Made by a program: the position numbers and the translations under genes
DNA from: a virus
Taxonomy: Duplodnaviria; Caudoviricetes
DNA: 64,000 nt
Strand: one strand, 5' to 3'
IMG/VR virus record: IMGVR_UViG_3300017909_003066
Location: 32,001 to 96,000 of that record
The notes under the pieces: generated by a model
Told to the model about the DNA's origin: nothing
The model's database searches: none
What the model saw: only the letters and a program-made list of their open reading frames with translations
In this document: positions 37,784 through 47,872 of the stretch, one piece after another
Layout: every line of letters begins with the position of its first letter
Numbering within the stretch: the first letter of the stretch is position 1

Positions 37784-37812
37784 GTGTGTCTCCTGTATTA
37801 AAATTTGATCTA

Positions 37813-38925
37813 CTATACATTGCCATACACTGTATTCACTTGTTGAGTACAACGTACAAATGTGGTACACTTAGGCATATCTTTAATCCTTTGTGCACCA
37901 ATATAAGTAGCGGCAGATCTAACGCCACCTAATATTTCTGTAAGGGTGTCTTTAACTTCACCCTTGTATGGAATAGAAACTACTTTGCCTTCAGCACCTC
38001 TATAACCATCTTTTCTACTTCCATGTTTTGCCATGGCCGCATTTGAACTCATTCCATAAAACTCAACAAAGTCTTGTGATTCAAAGTAAGGAACATAAGT
38101 TCCATCGTTAAGTTTATGAGCACCACCTTTTTGTGTATGCTTCTTTGTAATCTCTCCACCGCCTTCTTTATGGCCTGCTAACATTCCACCTAGCATAACA
38201 AAGTGTGCACCAGCGCCAAAGGCTTTTGCAACATCGCCCGGATACACACAACCGCCGTCAGCAATGATATGACCTCCAACGCCGTTAGCCGCATCAGAAC
38301 ATTCAATGATTCCAGATAGTTGTGGTACACCAACACCTGTCATTAATCGTGTAGTACATACTGATCCTGGACCAATACCGCATTTTACAATGTCAGCACC
38401 GCGTAGGATTAATTCTTCAGTCATTTCTCCTGTAATTACATTTCCTGCAATAATAATTTTGTCTGGATATTGATCACGCAACTTTGAAATAAAGTCTGCA
38501 TAATTTTCAAAATATCCATTTGCAACATCAACTGTAATAAAAGGAATGTCTGGATACATTTCTAATACAGTTTTCATTGTAGCAAAGTCTTGTGCATCTT
38601 CGTCCCAAATCACTGCCGTGCCTGTACATGCAGATAGGTATTTCATTTTTACACCATCTCCGATCGCTTGTTTCCAGTCGTCAACAGAATAATGCTTACG
38701 CATTACAGTTATCATTTTCTTTTCTTGCAATACTTTTGCCATTTCAAATGTTCCTACGCCATCCATGTTACTAGCCATAATAGGAATACCTGTCCACTCT
38801 TTGCCACTGTTTAAAAATTTAAAAGTTCTTTGCAAGTCAACATCTTTGCGACTTGTTAGTTTAGAACGTTTTGGTTTGAAAAGAACGTCCTTAAAGTCTA
38901 GTTTTACATCTTGTTCAATTCTCAT
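37813..38925 (-). CDS. guaC: GMP reductase
   Basis: LDFKDVL..PKRS.L.SR, VDVANGY, GIGPGSVCTTR and FYGMSS motifs. Confidence 0.95.
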   Translation of the reverse strand: MRIEQDVKLDFKDVLFKPKRSKLTSRKDVDLQRTFKFLNSGKEWTGIPIMASNMDGVGTFEMAKVLQEKKMITVMRKHYSVDDWKQAIGDGVKMKYLSACTGTAVIWDEDAQDFATMKTVLEMYPDIPFITVDVANGYFENYADFISKLRDQYPDKIIIAGNVITGEMTEELILRGADIVKCGIGPGSVCTTRLMTGVGVPQLSGIIECSDAANGVGGHIIADGGCVYPGDVAKAFGAGAHFVMLGGMLAGHKEGGGEITKKHTQKGGAHKLNDGTYVPYFESQDFVEFYGMSSNAAMAKHGSRKDGYRGAEGKVVSIPYKGEVKDTLTEILGGVRSAATYIGAQRIKDMPKCTTFVRCTQQVNTVYGNV

Positions 38926-39461
38926 TATGCAGTAACTCCTAACTTGTTATATGCTTGTTGAACACAGATTGCTTGATAATAACAATCTGCTAAGGCATTG
39001 TGTGCTTGTTGCCTAATTGCTTTACGTGGATCTTCTGGAAGCAAACTAAACAATGTTCTGCTATCTCTAATTTGCCAAAAGTTCCATGGGATAGGTTTGC
39101 CTAGTTGTTGATATAAATTTTCTAATATAACAATATCAAAAGCAGGACCTTGTGCCCATATAGTATCTACCCCAACAAGGAATTTGTTGAGTTCAACTGT
39201 CATTTTTTCTAAACTTATTCTACCTTCGTCCGTAAATGCTTCGTCTTGAACTGATTGTGCTTGTTTGCCCCACCATTCTATTGTGGAGTCATCTTGTGTT
39301 CTACCTAGTTGGTCTTGTGAATTAATATCAATTTTTTGATATATACCATCATGTGGCTCTTGTGTATTAAAGGGATTAAATTTGATTGCACCAAGTGTTA
39401 ATATAACACAGTCTGGTTTTGTGCCTAGAGTTTCTAGGTCTATCATCGCATGTAGAGCCAT
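38925..39461 (-). CDS. 3'-5' exonuclease (DEDDh, DexA/RNase AS-like)
   Basis: MIDLETLG, FD..IL, RD.RT and HNAL.D motifs. Confidence 0.9.
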   Translation of the reverse strand: MALHAMIDLETLGTKPDCVILTLGAIKFNPFNTQEPHDGIYQKIDINSQDQLGRTQDDSTIEWWGKQAQSVQDEAFTDEGRISLEKMTVELNKFLVGVDTIWAQGPAFDIVILENLYQQLGKPIPWNFWQIRDSRTLFSLLPEDPRKAIRQQAHNALADCYYQAICVQQAYNKLGVTA

Positions 39462-39472
39462 TCATTTTGCCT

Positions 39473-39739
39473 TTAGTATTTGTTTTCTTGTTCTTTCATT
39501 TCACGTTGTTGTCTACGAATTGCCGCTTTTTTAGCCTTACGTTTCTTATCGCTAGGTTTTTCATAGTACTGACGATCTCTAAATTCTTGAACAATACCTG
39601 CCTCGTTAACTTTACGTTTGAACTTTCTTAAAGCCTTCATAAAGTCTTGTGGAGAGTTTCCTCTCACTACGACAGCACATCCTGCCTCATTAGGATCTCT
39701 TACTTGCGCCATTGTTCTTACCTTAACGTTTTTTGCCAT
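39473..39739 (-). CDS. rpsU: Ribosomal protein bS21
   Basis: KALRKFKRKV...G...E...RQYYEKPS.K. Confidence 0.9.
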   Translation of the reverse strand: MAKNVKVRTMAQVRDPNEAGCAVVVRGNSPQDFMKALRKFKRKVNEAGIVQEFRDRQYYEKPSDKKRKAKKAAIRRQQREMKEQENKY

Positions 39740-40979
39740 TTGTCCTTGTATTCTTATATACTAACAATGGTTTTTCACCGTTAGTAATTGTTTCTTTTTG
39801 TACTGTTATAGTTTCTAATCCATTTTCAGCAAGTTCTTCTGCTTCGAACTGATACTCTAAAAGTACATCTTCAATTATGCTCTTAAGTCCTCTAGCACCT
39901 GTTTTAAGTTTCTTTGCCTTTTTTGCAATGGCCCTTAAACTTTCGTCTGTAAACTCAAGATTAACCTTGTCTAAGTCAAACAAATATTTGTATTGTTTAA
40001 CTAAACTGTTCTTAGGCTCTTTTATAATACTACAAAGTTGCTCTTCTGTCAACTCTTTTACTGAAGTAATTAAACCAAATCGACCAATAAATTCTGGTAT
40101 AAATCCATATTTTACTAGATCTTCTGGTAATACATTTGATAAGTCTGGTTCTTGATTTGGATCAGCAATACTTTGGCCAAAACCCATTCCGCCCGATTTG
40201 GTTCTTTCGCCTATTACTTTATCTAAACCAACAAATGCTCCCCCTACAACAAACAATATGTTTTGTGTATCAACATCTACCATTTCTGCACCTGGATGTT
40301 TTCTTTTAGAACCTTGAGCACTAACTCTAACTGTTGTACCTTCAATTATTTTAAGTAAACCTTGTTGTACTCCCTCTCCTGATACATCTCTTGTTATTGA
40401 AACATTTTGTGATTTCTTTGTGATTTTATCTATTTCGTCAATAAAAATAATACCGCGTTCTGCTAATTTTACATCTCCGTTTGCATTAGTCAACAACCTG
40501 TTTATAATGCTTTCTACATCATCACCTACATAACCTGCTTCTGTTAATGTAGTAGCATCACAAATTGCAAATGGTACATTTAGATAATCTGAAACTGTTT
40601 GAGCAATTAAAGTTTTACCTGAACCAGTTGGACCCATAACCATTACATTAGTTTTATCTAGTTTGATGTCTTCTGACGGATTGTTTAATTTTTTATAGTG
40701 TTGTGCAACTGCAACTGACATAGCAATTTTGGCTCTATCTTGTCCTATTACATGTTGGTCCAAAAACATTTTTATATCTTTTGGATTAAGTTTTTCTTTT
40801 CCTACGCCTGCTTCTTCTTTAAGTGTTTTTACTTTTTCGTTAACTAAAATACCATTACATAATTCCACGCATTCATTACATATTGCACTATCATCACCTA
40901 CAATAAGTTTTGCAACTTCTGATTTGTCCTTGCCACAAAAATGACATTTGTAACCTTTGTCTTTAATATTATTGCTCAT
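39723..40979 (-). CDS. clpX: ATP-dependent Clp protease ATPase ClpX
   Basis: C4 zinc finger, GPTGSGKT, TEAGYVG, DEIDKI, RDVSGEGVQQ, RKH and MGF loop. Confidence 0.97.
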   Translation of the reverse strand: MSNNIKDKGYKCHFCGKDKSEVAKLIVGDDSAICNECVELCNGILVNEKVKTLKEEAGVGKEKLNPKDIKMFLDQHVIGQDRAKIAMSVAVAQHYKKLNNPSEDIKLDKTNVMVMGPTGSGKTLIAQTVSDYLNVPFAICDATTLTEAGYVGDDVESIINRLLTNANGDVKLAERGIIFIDEIDKITKKSQNVSITRDVSGEGVQQGLLKIIEGTTVRVSAQGSKRKHPGAEMVDVDTQNILFVVGGAFVGLDKVIGERTKSGGMGFGQSIADPNQEPDLSNVLPEDLVKYGFIPEFIGRFGLITSVKELTEEQLCSIIKEPKNSLVKQYKYLFDLDKVNLEFTDESLRAIAKKAKKLKTGARGLKSIIEDVLLEYQFEAEELAENGLETITVQKETITNGEKPLLVYKNTRTNGKKR

Positions 40980-41361
40980 CGTATACCTTTTCTAAAAATG
41001 TATCTATATTAGGCAAATGATTTGCACTAATTAGACTGTATATTTCTTTCTGATTCACATCTGTAGTTGAGTAATAGACGTTGCTTAGACTTAAAATATA
41101 ACTCTTATATTGTACACTAATATCACTAGTATTGTCAAGATTAATATAGGTAGGAATTTTGCCATCTAAGCGATTAAGTAACCAAGAAGGATTCGCTTCA
41201 TTAGTATATGCAAAGATATTAATTTCTCTTTTATCTTTTTGTTTACCAAGATATACACTGAGCAATTCTTTTTCTTTGTCGGTGGTGTTAATAAGATTGA
41301 TAGAAAAATTATGATTGTGTAGTGTATCGGGTGGTGTTACTAAATTAATCTTTAATGGCAC
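40969..41361 (-). CDS. Hypothetical protein
   Basis: ORF in operon context. Confidence 0.6.
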   Translation of the reverse strand: MPLKINLVTPPDTLHNHNFSINLINTTDKEKELLSVYLGKQKDKREINIFAYTNEANPSWLLNRLDGKIPTYINLDNTSDISVQYKSYILSLSNVYYSTTDVNQKEIYSLISANHLPNIDTFLEKVYDEQ

Positions 41362-41363
41362 AT

Positions 41364-43478
41364 TTACCTCTTATCCAAAAGTTTTGTTATTTTATCTGCT
41401 TCAGATTCAGTCAAGTCGTTAACATTAATTAGTCCTTTCTTCAACCTCCTAATTAAAGATATGATCTGTCTTTGACTTGCATCTCTATATTGTTCTTCTG
41501 TAATTTCTAACTCTTTAATTTTATTTGGATCAAAGTTTTGCCTTGCTTCATTAATTTTATTGAATACCGTTTCGTTTTTTTGTTCTTCGTTTTGAACAAA
41601 ACCTTTTGGTTCAACCACTTCTGTAAACTGTGTCTTGCCTGTTGTTTCGGGATTTTTCTCTGCTTCTTCGTTTGCTTTGTCTACCCAATTATTCCATGCT
41701 TCTAAATCATCTATTTGTTCAAGTTGTTCGCTAACTCTTTCTTGCGAACTTTTAGATGCTTGATCAGGCCATTCGCCCTCTTGCTTCATTTCCTCTATAG
41801 TAGTGTTTACTTTATCCCAAGGAAGTTCATCTATTTGTCCTTCATCTTTTAATCTCTTCTGTTGATTAATTGTTTCACCAGGATGATCTTTTTTCCAAAT
41901 TCTTTTGATGTAATCTTCTTCTGTTTCCCCTTCTAATCTTTCTTCTAAGTCAAATTCTAATTGATTAGGATCTACACTTTTCTGTAGATTAGTTTCTTGG
42001 TTTACAACACTTTTCTGCGGTTCAGGATCTATATCTTTCCAAATTAAATATTGATTATCATTTTTTTTTGAAAGAAACGATTCTTCTTCTTCTAATTCAC
42101 GTTGTTTTTGTTCTTCTTCAAAACCTTCCATTAACATTTCGTGAGTTGTTTTTTCTTTTTCTTCTTCAAAGTCTGGTGGAATGTTTTGACTAATCTTGTT
42201 GGCACGATCTATTTCATAGTTCATTCTATGTGCTTCGTTCCATTCTTCTTCTGTGTATGGAGGAGTATTATCCGGCTCTGGGTCCGGATCTGACTTTGGG
42301 GGCAAACCACCTCCCTTAGAATCTCTGTTCCAACTAAATGTATATTGAGATGCAATTAATAATAAAACTGCAAGAGGGTCAAACACAAATATTATAATAA
42401 TTATAACCCAACGTACTGCCGCCTCTAGTAAATTTTGATCTGCTTGTTCACCATATATAAATTCTGCAATATATTTGATAGGTCCTACTTCTGCTTCTAG
42501 TTTACGATACTCTCCTTCTAAACTGTATTTTTGTTCTATGAGTGTATCAATCTTTGTATTTGCATTTTTAATCTTAACATATTGTTCATCAACCTGTTCA
42601 TCAACATCAGCAAGTTTATCTTCATTGCCTAACTGTTTACGCAATCTATCTATTAGAGCATTTGATTGTTTAATTTGATCTTCAGCAGTTTTACGCAGAC
42701 GTTTAATTTCCTCAGATGCCGCTTTTGCTTGAGGGTTATTTGTAGCCTGTTCTATTTTTGCAATTAATTCTATACGTTCTTTTTGCTTCTTTTCTTGCCA
42801 ATCACCAATTTTATCTGCTGTCTTTTTACCAAATATACCATCTGCACTTGCACCGATCATTTGTTGTGCTTTAGCAGTTTCGCCATTGTCAATATATGTT
42901 TGTAATGTTTCTATTTCTTTGTCAATTTTTACTAATTCGTTTTTCCATAAAACAGATTGACTATCTATAATTTTTTGTTGTTCATCAATTGCAGGTTGAA
43001 TACGTTTGTAGGCATTATCAATACGTTCTTGTTCTTTGTCAATTTGTGCTTGTATATTAGCATCATTGCCTGTACCTGTTGTTTCTAACTTTTTGATTTG
43101 ATTTTCTGCACGAACAATTATTTCTTCATTACGTTTAATTTCAGATTCAATACGTTCTACTTGTGCTATACTTTCTTCGCCAGCACTTGTTTGCTCAATG
43201 TGTGCTTTAGATAGATAACCAAAGATACCCATCGAAGTAATAAACATTAACACTACAACTGCAACAGATAGATAGGTTTTTAACCACCATGTTGCTTGTT
43301 TCCAATGCCTATGTAACCAAACTGCGGTTACAAGTTTACCTACTTCTAAAGATACACCCATTATTATAATGGGAATCACTGCGGCCGCAAATATGGCCGC
43401 TAGTCCGGCAACACTGTAATATATCGCTACCGCTGATATTGTTAGTGCTGATAAAAATGTTAGTATGCCTAATATCAT
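41364..43478 (-). CDS. Membrane-anchored coiled-coil protein with acidic tail
   Basis: 3 N-terminal TM, long coiled coil, IIFVFDPLAV.L TM; TAAATA-N5-ATG. Confidence 0.8.
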   Translation of the reverse strand: MILGILTFLSALTISAVAIYYSVAGLAAIFAAAVIPIIIMGVSLEVGKLVTAVWLHRHWKQATWWLKTYLSVAVVVLMFITSMGIFGYLSKAHIEQTSAGEESIAQVERIESEIKRNEEIIVRAENQIKKLETTGTGNDANIQAQIDKEQERIDNAYKRIQPAIDEQQKIIDSQSVLWKNELVKIDKEIETLQTYIDNGETAKAQQMIGASADGIFGKKTADKIGDWQEKKQKERIELIAKIEQATNNPQAKAASEEIKRLRKTAEDQIKQSNALIDRLRKQLGNEDKLADVDEQVDEQYVKIKNANTKIDTLIEQKYSLEGEYRKLEAEVGPIKYIAEFIYGEQADQNLLEAAVRWVIIIIIFVFDPLAVLLLIASQYTFSWNRDSKGGGLPPKSDPDPEPDNTPPYTEEEWNEAHRMNYEIDRANKISQNIPPDFEEEKEKTTHEMLMEGFEEEQKQRELEEEESFLSKKNDNQYLIWKDIDPEPQKSVVNQETNLQKSVDPNQLEFDLEERLEGETEEDYIKRIWKKDHPGETINQQKRLKDEGQIDELPWDKVNTTIEEMKQEGEWPDQASKSSQERVSEQLEQIDDLEAWNNWVDKANEEAEKNPETTGKTQFTEVVEPKGFVQNEEQKNETVFNKINEARQNFDPNKIKELEITEEQYRDASQRQIISLIRRLKKGLINVNDLTESEADKITKLLDKR

Positions 43479-43525
43479 AAGTGTATTTACTCTATATTCT
43501 TAGGTTGATAAAAGCAATGGTTTTC

Positions 43526-43957
43526 TCAACCATTAGTTGGTCTAAATGTCCAGTCTGTACCACCATTATTAGTACAGGCAAATTCATTTAACGATCGTGT
43601 TTTATGTCCATAATTTACATAACTGTTAACAAGTCTGCAATATGATCCACCATATTGATTTGTCATTAATATAACAATACTGCCATCAGTTCCACTTTCG
43701 TTATCAACCCATTGCATTTTTTCACCATCTGCTAAATTGTTAATTGCGAAATAAACTGATTGTGAATGTTTACTCGCGGCCTTGTGTGGTAGACGCCAAT
43801 AAGTGTTTTCAATTGCTTTAGCAAGATTACCACTTACTGTTTTGCTACCCCATGTTGCTTTTTGATTGACTGACATATTTGCACTAATAGGTTCACCATA
43901 GTGACTAGCACAGGCTCCTAATACCAACATACTACTGACCAAGATAATTCGGAACAT
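43526..43957 (-). CDS. Lipoprotein (17-kDa surface antigen-like C-terminus)
   Basis: LGAC lipobox; W.....G..G, CR and AC....W pattern. Confidence 0.65.
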   Translation of the reverse strand: MFRIILVSSMLVLGACASHYGEPISANMSVNQKATWGSKTVSGNLAKAIENTYWRLPHKAASKHSQSVYFAINNLADGEKMQWVDNESGTDGSIVILMTNQYGGSYCRLVNSYVNYGHKTRSLNEFACTNNGGTDWTFRPTNG

Positions 43958-44252
43958 AGGTCCAACTCCCATCTTGTAACATACAAGCCATTGTATGTGA
44001 AGTGTGTCTTTGCCCTTTTAGTGTGTAACTTTGTCTTGCCCATCCACAACGACTTCCGTCTTTGCCTGTAACAAATTCTACACCAGGTTTATCTGTACAT
44101 TCTACTAAAACTTCACTTGAAGATGTTGTACCATCTTTAAGTTTGGTTGTGCTTGTAGTATAACAGTATTGGCCTTTGTCAACAACCAACTGCGAAGTAC
44201 TAGAGCAACCTACCAAGGCTAGTGCGCCTAATATAAGTGCCAAGTACTTCAT
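43932..44252 (-). CDS. Lipoprotein
   Basis: LVGC lipobox; four further Cys. Confidence 0.65.
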   Translation of the reverse strand: MKYLALILGALALVGCSSTSQLVVDKGQYCYTTSTTKLKDGTTSSSEVLVECTDKPGVEFVTGKDGSRCGWARQSYTLKGQRHTSHTMACMLQDGSWTYVPNYLGQ

Positions 44253-44743
44253 TAGTTTACTCTTTTTGCTTTAGTTTCAGAAACTAGTGCATCAAAGATC
44301 TCTTTAGGCATTCTTAGTTTAACAAAAGTATATTGTTTACCATTGTAAACATAAGTTGCTCTTTCTTCTTCAATGTGCTGAGTAATTGGAGTATCTTTTA
44401 CAGTGTAAGAGATAAACGTATTAGTTACTTTAGAACTATCCTTAAACTCTAATGTAGTTTTAGAATTCACTCGTCCGTTAATACGTTTCGCAAAATTATT
44501 CATTGCGATAGCATACATTTGCTCTTCTGCCGCCTGTTGATAAATCGATTCACCGGCACCACAAGCATAAGCATACTCTTTTTCCCACCAGAACCAACCT
44601 TCAGTTCCTTCTTGAGCACACTTGGCATACCATTTTGGTTGTGCATAAGTGTCTCTTTCTGCAATAGTTGTCATGGTTGAACATGCACCAAGCATGGAAC
44701 CAAGTATTCCAATCATTGCAATCTTTTTAATTACGCCTTTCAT
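44252..44743 (-). CDS. Lipoprotein (LPP20-like)
   Basis: LGAC lipobox; P.W...G.G.S pattern; AGGAGG RBS. Confidence 0.65.
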   Translation of the reverse strand: MKGVIKKIAMIGILGSMLGACSTMTTIAERDTYAQPKWYAKCAQEGTEGWFWWEKEYAYACGAGESIYQQAAEEQMYAIAMNNFAKRINGRVNSKTTLEFKDSSKVTNTFISYTVKDTPITQHIEEERATYVYNGKQYTFVKLRMPKEIFDALVSETKAKRVN

Positions 44744-44773
44744 TCTTAGCCTCCTTTTTTAGCCTATATGTAT

Positions 44774-44801
44774 ATAATAGCATCGTTACCGGTTTTGTCA
44801 A
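44774..44801 (-). promoter_or_regulatory. Sigma70-type early promoter
   Basis: TTGACA-N16-TATTAT with extended TG. Confidence 0.6.
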
Positions 44802-44822
44802 ATAAATTGTTTGCCAATTTGA

Positions 44823-45434
44823 CTACCTTTGACGATAAAATATGTGTAATCCAATCCGACCAATCAAAATGAATTTTTTGCTCCATTCAGGACTTACATA
44901 GGTAGCATGATAATGAGTAGCACCTTCTGACAATCCAATCCATTTTTTCTGTTTGAGCATGTAGTATGCAACTTCTTGTGATTTCCTCCAAGCATCATTA
45001 TTATAGATAATATCAGGTTGTCCATCACAATACCAACTAAATTGACATTTGTGTCTAATTGGATAAAATTCTCTTTGTTCTACAGGTAAGTTTGGGTCGT
45101 TTTTCGTTTTCCAACTTTCACGGACAGGACCTTGTTGTATTACTTCACAAATAGTATTTGGATATCTTGCATCACTTACTCTATTCAATACTACGTCTGC
45201 TACTGCGGCCATACCTGCTAAATTATCTGGCCTTGATTCATGATAAATGTTTTCTGCTAAACAGTACATTTGTGGAAACTGTTCTTTGCTGAATAACTCT
45301 TTATCAAATTTGCTGTCTTTTACATTACTCACAGGCATTAACGTTTTAGCATCAATTGATGTAGATGCAATACTAACACTAATACAAGTTAAAACTAAAA
45401 CACTAGCAAAGTAAATTTTTTTTAGTATTTGCAT
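44823..45434 (-). CDS. Cell-wall hydrolase (SleB/Hydrolase_2)
   Basis: CLAENIYHESR, VLNRV...YP.TIC.V, QFSW, GATHYHA and IG.HIFY motifs. Confidence 0.93.
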   Translation of the reverse strand: MQILKKIYFASVLVLTCISVSIASTSIDAKTLMPVSNVKDSKFDKELFSKEQFPQMYCLAENIYHESRPDNLAGMAAVADVVLNRVSDARYPNTICEVIQQGPVRESWKTKNDPNLPVEQREFYPIRHKCQFSWYCDGQPDIIYNNDAWRKSQEVAYYMLKQKKWIGLSEGATHYHATYVSPEWSKKFILIGRIGLHIFYRQR

Positions 45435-45439
45435 GGGAA

Positions 45440-45676
45440 TTACCCATTGCCGCCGCCGTTGCCGACAAGTTTCATTTCCATACCTGCCTGCATAACAACA
45501 ACTTCATTATTTGGAAATAATGATTGAAATTGTGATTGTACTTTTATTCTATCACCTGTTGCTAGTGGTAGTTTGTGTTCAATTACAATCACGTCACCTG
45601 CCTTAGGTGATATTCTTTTTACATCTCCTAAAATTTGGTAAGCAAGTTTAGATGTTTTTAGTGCTGGGTCTGCCAT
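45440..45676 (-). CDS. Hypothetical protein
   Basis: Coupled ORF. Confidence 0.55.
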   Translation of the reverse strand: MADPALKTSKLAYQILGDVKRISPKAGDVIVIEHKLPLATGDRIKVQSQFQSLFPNNEVVVMQAGMEMKLVGNGGGNG

Positions 45677-46134
45677 TAGTTTCTCCTCATTGTTGCAATT
45701 TCAGTTGCTTGTTTAGAACCTGTTTTGTCATCGTCGTCTGCAAATACAGGAACCATATTCGATTTGTGCATTGTAGCAATACCTATAAGTTTTCTTTTAC
45801 CTGTATACTGCAATGGTTCTTTCCTAGTACATGGAGCGAAACTTTTTTCACTAATCATGCTTGGATAATTTTGTTGTGGCCTTTCAAAAGAATTCCCTGA
45901 TTGATGCCAAGGTTCTTTCACAACACTTGGTTCGGATTTTGGTTTATACTGCCCATGGACATAATCAATATATTCATCCAACGTCATAATGTTGCCATGA
46001 CAACCAAGTTTTTTCATGTGTTTATTATGTTTTCTATGTTCTTCTGTCCATCTAGCCATCTTCGCTTTAGTTATCTTGCGTTTTTTCTTTTTAGTGTTAA
46101 GTGTGGTCATGCCACGAACAAGATGCATAGTCAT
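45676..46134 (-). CDS. Phage hypothetical protein
   Basis: YTG...GIATMHKSNMVPVF motif; AGGAG RBS. Confidence 0.75.
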   Translation of the reverse strand: MTMHLVRGMTTLNTKKKKRKITKAKMARWTEEHRKHNKHMKKLGCHGNIMTLDEYIDYVHGQYKPKSEPSVVKEPWHQSGNSFERPQQNYPSMISEKSFAPCTRKEPLQYTGKRKLIGIATMHKSNMVPVFADDDDKTGSKQATEIATMRRN

Positions 46135-46168
46135 AATATTCTCCTATTTCTTATTATAGTAACATCAT

Positions 46169-46828
46169 TTATGGAAGTTGTCTAGTGACGATTGTGTCAA
46201 TAATGATTTTAGCATATTTTGGATTAGTGCTCCAAGCATCTAGTTTAGTTACTAATGCAGAATAGTTCCAATCATTATTCATATACTGTTTTTCTCGTTC
46301 AATCCTAAAATCTTTATAAGCAGGATGTCTATTGATTATGTCAATCATATCTTGAACACATGAACATTTAGTCAAATATTTCTTTACTCCAAATCTTGCA
46401 TTTGGAAGATCTAAAGGTTTCAATTGTGGTTCTTCTTTATTCCAAGTTCTTATACCAAATAGATTGTTGCCATCTACTGCAAATCTACTTGTACCCCAAC
46501 CTGATTCAATTCCTGCCATTGCAATAATAATTGCACTAGGTATCCTTTTGCTAGGGGCAGTTTTGAAGTTAATGTAATCGATACAGTTTTTTACTGCTCC
46601 GATAAATGTTTCGTCGTTGTTGTAAACAAACTCTGGTTCATGCAATCCAAAACTATGTGCAGTTTCAACAATTTGTGATTCTGTTCTTTTTATAATATTG
46701 GATTCACTATACGAGTTTGGTTGAAAAGTTCCGTATACGAATGCTATAATAATTGTTAGTATTATTGCAAACCATTTATATATCGTTGGAAGTGCCTTTT
46801 TAATTCTCTGTTTTACTTTCAATAACAT
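46169..46828 (-). CDS. Glucosaminidase (GH73/Bax-like)
   Basis: A..ESGWGTSRFA..GNNLFGI and WST.P.Y motifs; N-terminal TM. Confidence 0.9.
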   Translation of the reverse strand: MLLKVKQRIKKALPTIYKWFAIILTIIIAFVYGTFQPNSYSESNIIKRTESQIVETAHSFGLHEPEFVYNNDETFIGAVKNCIDYINFKTAPSKRIPSAIIIAMAGIESGWGTSRFAVDGNNLFGIRTWNKEEPQLKPLDLPNARFGVKKYLTKCSCVQDMIDIINRHPAYKDFRIEREKQYMNNDWNYSALVTKLDAWSTNPKYAKIIIDTIVTRQLP

Positions 46829-47003
46829 TTGCGCCTATCAAGTTTAATTGTTGAACAAGTTGACGTCTTACTGAATTCCAGTAATTTAATGACCAACCTG
46901 TTTTAGATTGATCTATTGCACGATCAACTGACTCTAATTTTTTCATCCACATATCCATGGCCTCTGCTTTAGATAAACGGACTATCGCTTCTTGGAAAAG
47001 CAT
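46800..47003 (-). CDS. Hypothetical protein
   Basis: ORF in operon context. Confidence 0.55.
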   Translation of the reverse strand: MLFQEAIVRLSKAEAMDMWMKKLESVDRAIDQSKTGWSLNYWNSVRRQLVQQLNLIGANVIESKTEN

Positions 47004-47005
47004 TT

Positions 47006-47323
47006 TTAATCTCCGTTTGTGTGTCCGTTTACGCCTTTAGCAAGTTCTGTTGCTTCTTTTTGAAATCTTCGTGGCAGACCTGTCCATCTCGCAACTTCTC
47101 CGTCAGGATTAATTTTGAAAGAACCAGCCACTGTGTATATTTCGTTGCCTTCTTTGTCTTCAGCAACAAATTTACGTACTACACCATTAATGATGCCTGA
47201 GCCTGTATCTCTGCCTACTTCCCATTTATATTTGCCTGATGGTCCTTCATAAACATCTTCCATGCCCCACGTATTGCGACATATGGACTTGATATTTTCA
47301 AGAACCTCTATACTTTTATTCAT
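47006..47323 (-). CDS. Hypothetical early protein
   Basis: Start MNKSIE with AGGAGG RBS and upstream TTGACA promoter. Confidence 0.65.
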   Translation of the reverse strand: MNKSIEVLENIKSICRNTWGMEDVYEGPSGKYKWEVGRDTGSGIINGVVRKFVAEDKEGNEIYTVAGSFKINPDGEVARWTGLPRRFQKEATELAKGVNGHTNGD

Positions 47324-47432
47324 CTGAGCCTCCTTTAGCCATAATAGGTTATTACCAGTATTACCTATAGTATATACGGCAGGAGACGTTTTGTCAACGT
47401 TAGATTTTACCAATTTTACCGGATTTATATTT

Positions 47433-47858
47433 TTATTGAATTTCGCCACGTTCTTTTAGAACCTTGGCATTTTGGATATGTTGTTCCTGGATTGACTCTT
47501 TGGATTGCCCATGATAAGCAACCGCATAGTTATTTTCAATCAAATATTGATTTATGTTTACGTCATCCATTGTTAATAGTGTGCCTAATATACGTCCAAA
47601 TTTGCCTCGTTCATCTCCTATCATAGTTTGTAATTTTATAGTTTTTCCTACTGGTGCCATTTCTTTTAGTTTTGCCTTTGATAATAAGCCTCTTTTCTTT
47701 TCTTCTTTATCACGTGTTCGTGATTCTGGAGTATCGATACCATACAAACGAACTCTTTGTTTTTTCATCCAAACACTAAAACCTAAATCTAAATCTACGT
47801 CTATAGTATCGCCGTCTACAATTCTTGTTACTTTTGCTTGATATACGAATGTTTCCAT
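47433..47858 (-). CDS. Thermonuclease (SNase family)
   Basis: VDGDT, RLYGIDTPE and GKFGRILG motifs; TAAATA-N5-ATG fixes the start. Confidence 0.92.
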   Translation of the reverse strand: METFVYQAKVTRIVDGDTIDVDLDLGFSVWMKKQRVRLYGIDTPESRTRDKEEKKRGLLSKAKLKEMAPVGKTIKLQTMIGDERGKFGRILGTLLTMDDVNINQYLIENNYAVAYHGQSKESIQEQHIQNAKVLKERGEIQ

Positions 47859-47872
47859 AGTAATATTTATGC

